Origin: Candidatus Zixiibacteriota bacterium
GTDB lineage: Bacteria > Zixibacteria > MSB-5A5 > GN15 > FEB-12
Assembly: GCA_022571985.1 (NCBI GenBank)
Contig: JACZWU010000003.1
Span: forward strand, 120,860-184,859
Reading direction: 5' to 3'
Length of the DNA stretch: 64,000 nucleotides
A program made the translations under genes and the position numbers. Positions 49,647 through 57,002 of this stretch are shown here, one piece after another (the first letter of the stretch is position 1; each line of letters opens with the position of its first letter). The notes beneath the pieces were generated by a model, which did no database searches, was not told the DNA's origin, and saw only the letters and a list, made by a program, of their open reading frames with translations.

Positions 49647-50937
49647 GCTCCCGTTGCTGTTCTGTCTGAGGAACTGCCGGCGACTGTACTGATACTGGCG
49701 ACGCAGTTGTGACAGAAGGTTTAACTGCGACCGGCGGCGGCTCGCTTTGCTGGATATTTTTCATCAAAGTCCTGGTGTCTGTTACAGCCGACATCGACTT
49801 AAACGGCAACTCAAAAAGATGTTTCGAATTGAGCAGCAGCGTACAAAAGTTAAGCGCCGCGGCTACTATCTGCAGCGGCGGCAGCATCAAGTCGGCCATG
49901 ACTTCTTCGCCTTTGGCGCGCATCCAGTCCATCTCATACTTGATGCGGTCAACAAATTCCGGGGATATACTGACCAGTCTGCTGGTATTGCTGCCATTCT
50001 GTCTGAAGACCACCACACCTTTACCCTGTATCAGATACAAAATGGTGGGCGTGCCATGAGCAGCAAACAGGAACCACGTCAAACTTCTGATTCCAAACCA
50101 GACAAAGCAGGAAATTGCCAGCGTCCCGAAGATACCAAGTTCAAAACTTTCTGAATACTGTGCGAACCACGGCACCAGCGAATCGACAAATTCACGATAC
50201 AAGAACAGAACTTCGACAAACAACACTACAGCTTCAATAGCGCCTATCCCAATTATGGAATGGAAGTTCTTTTGCTTAACAGAATCAATTAAGTTTGACA
50301 GCACCGCGTAACTTCCCAGCACTATAAAGAACAGGAAAGTAAACAAAGGAACTCTGACAACATTAAGCTGCAGCTGTTCTCCGGTAATATTTGAGAAGAC
50401 GTCAAGCACCAGCGGCGTCATGACATAAGTAAAAATAGTCGCTTCAACAAGGCACCAGAAAATGGTCATAAAGACAGCCAGCCAGGGCACAGGTGAACTC
50501 AGTATATTCTGGCTCATGCTCTTAAACATACGAAACGGAGTAAAGAGTATTTCTTGAACCAGTGACCAGAGAGCCATCGCGGTAATTTTGGCAAACTCTA
50601 AAACAGCCACCACAAAAGTGAAAGCGAACTTAATAATGCCGCCCCAGAACATTACGATGGACTTTCCGAGATCCCACCAGGTTATAATGAGGCTGGTCAG
50701 AAACTCCCGGCGGTTCTGCCGAATGACAACTGTCAGGAGACAGGCAATACTGGCCCAGCAGCCAAGAATTATGGCCATGACCGGCAGCAAGAGGAAAATT
50801 CTTTTGGCGGATTGAATCCAAAATTGGTCAGTTGCCGCCCAGGCAAAGTAAACAAAACTCTCCTGAAAAAAGAGCGGAAAAAACAAAACCGAAAAGACAA
50901 TTTTCAGGATGACACTAGATTCGCTATTCATAATCAA
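49627..50937 (-). CDS. Polytopic membrane protein of unknown function
   Basis: About 8-10 hydrophobic helices; AGGAGG RBS; overlaps the start of the VWA gene. Confidence 0.8.
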   Translation of the reverse strand: MIMNSESSVILKIVFSVLFFPLFFQESFVYFAWAATDQFWIQSAKRIFLLLPVMAIILGCWASIACLLTVVIRQNRREFLTSLIITWWDLGKSIVMFWGGIIKFAFTFVVAVLEFAKITAMALWSLVQEILFTPFRMFKSMSQNILSSPVPWLAVFMTIFWCLVEATIFTYVMTPLVLDVFSNITGEQLQLNVVRVPLFTFLFFIVLGSYAVLSNLIDSVKQKNFHSIIGIGAIEAVVLFVEVLFLYREFVDSLVPWFAQYSESFELGIFGTLAISCFVWFGIRSLTWFLFAAHGTPTILYLIQGKGVVVFRQNGSNTSRLVSISPEFVDRIKYEMDWMRAKGEEVMADLMLPPLQIVAAALNFCTLLLNSKHLFELPFKSMSAVTDTRTLMKNIQQSEPPPVAVKPSVTTASPVSVQSPAVPQTEQQREHDNVQI

Positions 50938-51167
50938 TGCCTCCTTTCTATGGTAAATTGAGGGTATAAGACTATGAGCGATAATCCTTTTATCGGCCTC
51001 TTTCTACCAATATTGAAAACTATTTTCGATTATTATTGCACATGGCAAACCGTAACGGGGCAATGTTTTGAAGGCTAATTGTTCAATCTTTGAGCAGCAC
51101 CGAAGAGACGCCTGAGTAGTAGCTGCTTATCTAATATAAATGACCATGAATATCTGGAAACAATAGT

Positions 51168-52463
51168 CTATTGCTTTTTCATATACTCAGCTATTTTTTC
51201 TGCCAGCATGTCACCGTCAAGCCGAGGGGAGATCTCTTCAGAAATTCCGATCTGATTCATAAAAAAGTCCGGATAAGACGGAATATCACCCCAACTGTCA
51301 TTTTTGTCATAGAGAAAATAAATATCCCAGGCTACGTTTGCTATATCTATAACTTCCTGCCACTCAGCGCCGGTTCGTTTATACCTGTCCCAATAATATG
51401 ATACGCGCGGGTCATCAAATTCTGTGGAGCGCAAATAGGCTGAGTACTTATCATCTGACTGCAAAATATCAATCCAAATTACATATATAACTAAATCATC
51501 ACCAAGATTAGCGCTAATTGCATCCTGAACGACGGAGAACCCCCGTCTGCAACCCGGTCACGTTGGCGATAGTAATGTTATTAGTCTGACTTTGCCGCTG
51601 TCTTTTTCAAAAGCTTCCTGCAACTGCCCAAAATCGAGCAGGTCACGGGTGCGTAGCGTGTCAGCACCTAAATCGGCATAGGTTTTTCCTACCGACTCTG
51701 GTGGTGCATAATTACTGATCTTTAGTTGGGAGATTTTATTAGTTTCATCAAACTTCATATAAAATCCCATTGCCTGACCCTCAAAATAAATCGGTAAGAG
51801 AACACTCGAAGGGTCATTAACTTCTAACTTGCCAGTTTCAATCAATTCTCCCCATCTGCCGTGCATTTGTGCTATGAATGAATGATAGTCTTCAACAGTC
51901 TTGTCATCGTCATCGTCATCGTCTTTCTTCATTAAGGATAATATTAGTTCAGCGTTAGTATCTCTGAATGCCTCGGCAAATTGATCGGCATAAGGCTGGT
52001 AGCGTTCCTTAATTTTGCGCTTTTCATGATCGCTCAAGTCCAGGCCCGAAGGATCCGCTTTATGGGAGTACCAGCTTAAACGCTCGATTTTGTTATCACT
52101 ATTGATACGAATGTGAAGGTCTAGCTTTTCGCTTTCTGTCTCGACGAAAACAAGCGCCCTGCTGCCATCGGGACTAATATCGGCGCTGTGAGATATTATT
52201 GAGTCCTGCTCATCCACACCGACATCCAGTATATTTTCGATTTTCTCAAGCGTAAATTTTCCTTTGAGCTTTTCGCTGAAATTTTCCCGATAGGCAACGG
52301 CATCTTTTTTATTATAACTCGTCACCAGTTTGTCGATTATCAGCTGCAGGCTTGAAGCTTCATTCTGAGCTGTCGAAGCTCCCGGAAACATGGCAAACAT
52401 CACGGCACATAACGCGACTGCCGCAGCCAATCTCGTAATTGTGGTTTTAATATTTTGGCTCAT
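51168..52463 (-). CDS. Exported thioredoxin-fold selenoprotein (TGA at 51560-51558 read as Sec, motif T-U-P-G-C) with two N-terminal repeat domains, 431 aa
   Basis: ORFs 51558-52463 and 51168-51464 are in frame; readthrough gives VRLITLLSPT-U-PGCRRGFSVVQ...VIYVIWIDIL; SECIS-like hairpin 10 nt after TGA; signal peptide and AGGAGG RBS. Confidence 0.87.
51531..51547 (-). promoter_or_regulatory. Bacterial SECIS-like hairpin
   Basis: GACGGGG-GTT-CTCCGTC, 10 nt downstream of the TGA. Confidence 0.72.
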
Positions 52464-52487
52464 TCATTTGCCTCCTGTAGTTCATCA

Positions 52488-53474
52488 TTAGTTCCTAGTG
52501 CCCGGAACAGTAAATATATCAGGCTTTTTGTTCTGTTCGTCATGTCCAAAAATGCTAATGCCAGTTGACAGTCCGAAACGAAGATTCCATTTTTCGGTCA
52601 ACTGTACGTCTGTGACGTTAATATAAACTGGCAATTGAAATTCTGTCCAAAGTCGGATTGCTGATTCGCCGTCTCCAACTAGAGTTTTTGAACCTCCTGC
52701 GATAGCATAGATCCAGCTGCCGCCGCTGTTTGGAAACAGGCTGCCGCTGATTTCGTCCTGAGATCTGCTGACAGCCAGCATACCAAGATTAGCTGTGTAG
52801 CTTCTCCCCAGCGGAGCGTAATTAGTTTCCAGTACATAACTATAGTGATTTCCTGTTCTTTGATTGTTCGATGAAGATGCCACTACCTGGCGAGCGAAGA
52901 ATTTGCCGGTCAGAATCCAGCCGGGAGAAATCCCAGCAGCAATTATCAGGCTGGCTATAGGGTCTACGGTGCCACTTGCAAAATTACGTTCATCAGTCAT
53001 GACGTTTGTCACACCGCCGCCTACCGGAAAAGTAGCGCCTAGTGCTACCTGTCCGTTTACTGGCTTTGAGAACAACCTCGTGCCAAAGAACAGTTGTGCC
53101 GTGACCGATAGATCGCCGAAATTCGTCTGGGTTCGGTCAAGCGATTTGTTAACACTTCGATTGATAATCAGCGGCACCGAAGCAGACAGACTAAGATGGT
53201 TTGAAACTCCGAATGACATTGAGGCAGAGATTATATGCGACTCTGTCTTCTGCTTAAGTGTATCAACCAAGGTTACTGTCCCGCTGCGCAATCTGTCCCT
53301 GCGAGTGAAGGCATAATCCAGACCAAGGCGAAGATCGCCCTGGTGGATAATTGTACTAACTGATCTGCCGACCGGCAGATTGGGTGTGCTTCAGAGAGCT
53401 CATTGAGCTTCAGCAGATTCAACCAGCCAGACTGAAGTTAGTAGTAATCCGGCAATAGCCCAATTTCTAATCAT
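52488..53474 (-). CDS. Outer-membrane beta-barrel transporter-family protein with two in-frame TGA codons (U-A-L-U at the mature N-terminus), 328 aa
   Basis: ATG at 53474 with AGAGGT RBS gives MIRNWAIAGLLLTSVWLVESAEAQ-TGA-AL-TGA-STPNLP..., in frame with ORF 52488-53291; homologous to 33581-34561, which has AQACSC at this position; SECIS-like hairpin follows. Confidence 0.8.
53363..53380 (-). promoter_or_regulatory. Bacterial SECIS-like hairpin
   Basis: ATCTGCC-GGTC-GGCAGAT, perfect 7 bp stem 10 nt after the second TGA (53393-53391). Confidence 0.75.
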
Positions 53475-53503
53475 CTGTCTACCTCTATCGTTTAGTTGTA
53501 ACA

Positions 53504-53827
53504 TCAATGACTTTCTTGCCGGGCTGCTTGTATCGCCCTGCTTAGAAGTTCTTTTGGTGGAATACCCGACTGACTTTCAGCTGTGCGATAAATTCGGCAG
53601 CGCATCGAATACTGCGTAGTAGCATCTTCTTCTATTTCTAAGTCTTTTCCGTTTACTCTGACTGAAGGTGAACCGAGGAATCTTTTCGCTACCGCATCAT
53701 CATTGTCCACAACTGTAACGACTTCAATTTTAACATCGTCGCCAAGTTTAGACATAGTTTCGCGAATCAACTTTTCGGTCGGTTCGCTATTTGGGCAGCC
53801 ATCAAATACGAGCAATTCTATTTTCAT
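53504..53827 (-). CDS. Small thioredoxin-like protein (DUF2703-like)
   Basis: IELL.FDGCPN, FLGSPSVRVNG.D, CRIY, GIP; ATGA overlap with the upstream gene. Confidence 0.8.
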   Translation of the reverse strand: MKIELLVFDGCPNSEPTEKLIRETMSKLGDDVKIEVVTVVDNDDAVAKRFLGSPSVRVNGKDLEIEEDATTQYSMRCRIYRTAESQSGIPPKELLSRAIQAARQESH

Positions 53828-54426
53828 CTGTTCCCTCCATTTTCTTCAACGAGTTCTGCAAGGTATCCAACCGATGCCAAAGCTTCGTTAATAACATTTA
53901 AGTCGAGCTGGTCTTGATTATACCAGATGTAAGCTCTGCTTTCGATAAAACTAGATTTGACACTATCAACCAATCCGGTAGCGGTAATGGCACCGTTGAT
54001 CGCTATTTCACAGCCACCGCAAGTCATACCCTCTACTTTGAAAACGGCTAACTGAGCCGATGACGCACTTACCATGACCCGGTTGCTGTCTGTACCGAGG
54101 ATATAAGGATAAACCGACCAGACGAAAAAGCCCGATACAACCAAAGTTGAAATAGTTAACATTATTTTTGTAAAGCTGCTGCCGGCCATTTTGCAGCCGG
54201 TAGTCTTGCATTTTTTCTTTTCACGAAAATACAGCCAATAAGAAAATAGAACTCCCGTTGCCGCCAGCGGCATTATAAACCACTTCACAGATCCAAGCGT
54301 AGTTGAAAAACCTGCCACACCCGCTGTTCCTATTCCCAAGAGTGACAAACCAAGCAGGGCCAGCGGAAGTACGCAGCACGACGAGGCTGCTATCGCTGAC
54401 AGAATTGAAACTTTTTTAGCGTCCAT
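53824..54426 (-). CDS. MerT-like transporter fused to a C-terminal HMA (MerP-like) domain
   Basis: ASSCC..PL in TM1, loop CKTTGC, three TM helices, then VEGMTCGGC. Confidence 0.85.
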   Translation of the reverse strand: MDAKKVSILSAIAASSCCVLPLALLGLSLLGIGTAGVAGFSTTLGSVKWFIMPLAATGVLFSYWLYFREKKKCKTTGCKMAGSSFTKIMLTISTLVVSGFFVWSVYPYILGTDSNRVMVSASSAQLAVFKVEGMTCGGCEIAINGAITATGLVDSVKSSFIESRAYIWYNQDQLDLNVINEALASVGYLAELVEENGGNR

Positions 54427-54437
54427 ATTTTTGCTCC

Positions 54438-54857
54438 TCAGGCTTTGATTAGTTCATCAAGAATCGGACAGTCTTTTAATGTTTTTAAATTCACGCATTG
54501 TGAGACCAAATTGGATAAAGTCCGTTCCATCGATTTTAAGTTTCTGATCTGAGATTGTATTTTATCCAAACGGTTCGCGGCAAACTCTCTTACTTCATCA
54601 CAGCCGCGGACTTTGCCGTCTGCCATGCTCAATAGTACTTTGATATCGTTAAGGCTGAAACCTATCTCTTTAGCACGCCTGATAAAACGCAGCCTGAAAA
54701 CTGCATCTTCATTATATAGGCGGTAGTTAGATTCAGTTCTTTCGGGCTCAGACATCAAGCCCAGTCGTTCATAATAGCGAATAGTCTGAGCGTCTGTTGC
54801 CGATTTTTGAGCAAGAACACCAATAATCATTCTGTCTTCCTTCATTAAATTATTCAT
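54438..54857 (-). CDS. MerR family heavy-metal-responsive regulator
   Basis: IG.LA......QTIRYYERLGL..P.RT.SNYRLY, FIRRAK..GFSL..I; three Cys (GCDEV, QC........CPIL) as in MerR/CadR/PbrR; start could be 54857, 54845 or 54830. Confidence 0.92.
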   Translation of the reverse strand: MNNLMKEDRMIIGVLAQKSATDAQTIRYYERLGLMSEPERTESNYRLYNEDAVFRLRFIRRAKEIGFSLNDIKVLLSMADGKVRGCDEVREFAANRLDKIQSQIRNLKSMERTLSNLVSQCVNLKTLKDCPILDELIKA

Positions 54858-54863
54858 ATATAT

Positions 54864-54894
54864 ATACTACCTTATAGTTTGCTATAAGGTTCAG
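54864..54894 (-). promoter_or_regulatory. MerR-type promoter/operator
   Basis: Perfect dyad ACCTTATAG-N4-CTATAAGGT (54869-54890) inside CTGAAC-19 bp-TAGTAT. Confidence 0.8.
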
Positions 54895-54963
54895 GTAAAT
54901 TTTTATTTTTTTTGAATAATTATTATCGCTAGCTGGCGGCAGGCATAAAGCGTTGTTATATAA

Positions 54964-56160
54964 CTACATATGGCGAGTAAGCTGGAATTCGAAAAAATCG
55001 TCATCTCTCAAATCGTAGAGTAATTCTCTGCTCGTCTGATTAAAAAAGCCCCTGAATTCTATATCCAATGACCACCAGTCACTTAGACGTGTGCCCATTT
55101 CAACAAAGGCCAGAACCGAGCCAATTTTGGTATCGATAATCAATCCTCCCAGTATATCAGTGCCGCTGACATTATTAAAGACCAGCCGCCCGCCTACAAG
55201 AAGGTCATGTTCAAAGGGAGTAAAGCTGCTTCCGCGGTCATCATACATATATTCAATGAGTAGCCCCAGATCATATTGGGAGCCAGACACCCCCACCAGA
55301 GTGTATTCGAAGCCGCCGGTAAAGGCATGTTTTCTGTCATCAAACGAGGCATCAATTGACAGAGCCTCAAGTTTCCAGATCCAACCTCCGCTTACATAGA
55401 GCAGATCCAGCCCTAGTCGTTTTGTTTGATAATAATAGGGCGCCAGTTCAATTTGGTTGCCCGGCTTAAATAGCGGCTGAAAAAGTGGCTGCCTTTCTGT
55501 TCCGGAAAAAAAAGACAGTCCGATATCGTATTGACCTATTGTATGATACCAGCGCACAGCCCAGTCCTGATGCCACTCTCTGGCATCGGATTCATATAAT
55601 GCTTTATCAGTATTGATTGGCAGCGACGGTCTCAGACGGCCATCAACTCCGGCGAATGTTCTCTCCCTGAAATAAGGCAGCCAGAAAAAATCAAACGTCC
55701 CGAAGTTACTAAGCCAGGTAGTTTGCAGCATCGGCTGGCCAAGTTTGTCTTCGCCGTCAATATTTTCGATCCAGTCGGTTTGATTTATTATATCTACCAG
55801 ATGAAGTCCTTCGGTCTGCCCCCAAAATACTTTGCGAAAGCCGATATTAAAATCCCAGTCAGAAAATCTCTTCTGCCAGAACAATTCACGCCAGTCAAAG
55901 TGGCTGCGTTTGCTGTCGTTTGCGTCCAGACGGACGAAAGGTACTATTACCAGCTGTACATTTCTATCTGTCCAGTCATGATAGTATTCCAGCTCGGCGG
56001 AAATAGATCCAAACAGCTTGTCATCTACATTATATGCTGAACTGCCGGGAAACAATCTTGTCTCGACAGAGAAATCATAAGTTATCTCTTCGCTGGCGAC
56101 TTGATCGGCTGGTATAATTGAAGCGAAAAATAAAAACGTAAAGAAAGAAACAGATCTCAT
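54964..56160 (-). CDS. Outer-membrane beta-barrel protein associated with MMPL/LolA-like module
   Basis: Signal peptide; R..FD.RE.FW, KVFWG.TE..HLVDIINQTD, EDKLGQPM; amphipathic strands. Confidence 0.8.
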   Translation of the reverse strand: MRSVSFFTFLFFASIIPADQVASEEITYDFSVETRLFPGSSAYNVDDKLFGSISAELEYYHDWTDRNVQLVIVPFVRLDANDSKRSHFDWRELFWQKRFSDWDFNIGFRKVFWGQTEGLHLVDIINQTDWIENIDGEDKLGQPMLQTTWLSNFGTFDFFWLPYFRERTFAGVDGRLRPSLPINTDKALYESDAREWHQDWAVRWYHTIGQYDIGLSFFSGTERQPLFQPLFKPGNQIELAPYYYQTKRLGLDLLYVSGGWIWKLEALSIDASFDDRKHAFTGGFEYTLVGVSGSQYDLGLLIEYMYDDRGSSFTPFEHDLLVGGRLVFNNVSGTDILGGLIIDTKIGSVLAFVEMGTRLSDWWSLDIEFRGFFNQTSRELLYDLRDDDFFEFQLTRHM

Positions 56161-56164
56161 ATTA

Positions 56165-56986
56165 TTATCGTACCGACTTCAGTACATTCTGCTTAAAGTC
56201 TTTCTCACTCAAGCCCGTTTTAAATTTGTATTGACTAAACAGAAGAGTAGTCGATTTGCCGGTCTGATGGTTAATCATTTCCATTCTGTTTGCACGCCAG
56301 AATTTGTCAAGATATTGTTTGTAGTCATGTAATGTCAGCGTTTTTAAAAGCGATCCTTTGCGGTCATAGTATTCGAGTTTCTCTGGAATGTACAATACTT
56401 TATCAATCCAGACAATTTGTTTAGTGTAGCCGGAGTTTTTATCTGTCGGAATCCGTTCCACCACAAAACAGGCCGCGCCGTTTAAAGTGTCATCCTTGAG
56501 ATATCTGTAAGTATATTTTTCAACTTCCTGTGAAGACAAATCTTCATAGGCAAACTCGCTGCCCATAAACGGACCCGATTTATTATTGGACGCTATCCGC
56601 TTGACCCGCTTCAGCGCCGGCAGATAAATCCACTGGTCATCCTGTCCTTTAACATGAGTGTAGGACAAGAAAGCTGTGCCTTTAATATCGCGCGGAGTGT
56701 CAAAAATTATCAGGCTTTTGTCACCATCGCCGGTGACTTCCAGAGTCCGCATCCTGATAATACGCTTACTCTCCTGGCCATGGCGATTGCGCAGTATCAT
56801 TTTCATAGAGGCGGTGTTGTCTATAAATCCGGAATCCCGCCGGTCAATTTCCCGGGCGATACGAAGCCCTTCTTCCTCCGGTGTGGCATTAGCATGAGTG
56901 GCAAGCGAGGCCGTCGATAGAAATATAAGCAGCATTAATTGCTTCATGCGATTGACAAAAAATAATCTTTCTGAATCCTTTATCAT
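56165..56986 (-). CDS. Outer membrane lipoprotein-sorting (LolA-like) protein
   Basis: DDQWIYLPALKRVKRI, FMGSEFAYEDL, YYDRKG.LLKT. Confidence 0.9.
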   Translation of the reverse strand: MIKDSERLFFVNRMKQLMLLIFLSTASLATHANATPEEEGLRIAREIDRRDSGFIDNTASMKMILRNRHGQESKRIIRMRTLEVTGDGDKSLIIFDTPRDIKGTAFLSYTHVKGQDDQWIYLPALKRVKRIASNNKSGPFMGSEFAYEDLSSQEVEKYTYRYLKDDTLNGAACFVVERIPTDKNSGYTKQIVWIDKVLYIPEKLEYYDRKGSLLKTLTLHDYKQYLDKFWRANRMEMINHQTGKSTTLLFSQYKFKTGLSEKDFKQNVLKSVR

Positions 56987-57002
56987 TTCGTTATCCCTTT
57001 AG

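Noticed and set aside
51044-51126. c-di-GMP or glycine riboswitch fragments (GGCAAACC, CACCGAAG)
   Set aside because: Remaining consensus elements are missing and no same-strand gene follows.
31402-53474. Genome-wide TGA reassignment (code 4 or 25) as the cause of in-frame TGAs
   Set aside because: TGA ends many complete genes here (RAYT, ispG, kdsD, lpdA, aceE, merR); internal TGAs occur only at Cys-equivalent sites with downstream hairpins.
51168-53474. Pseudogene interpretation of the split ORFs
   Set aside because: No frameshifts, all internal stops are TGA in redox or metal motifs, and RBS and signal peptides are intact. Not fully excluded because sel genes are not in this window.
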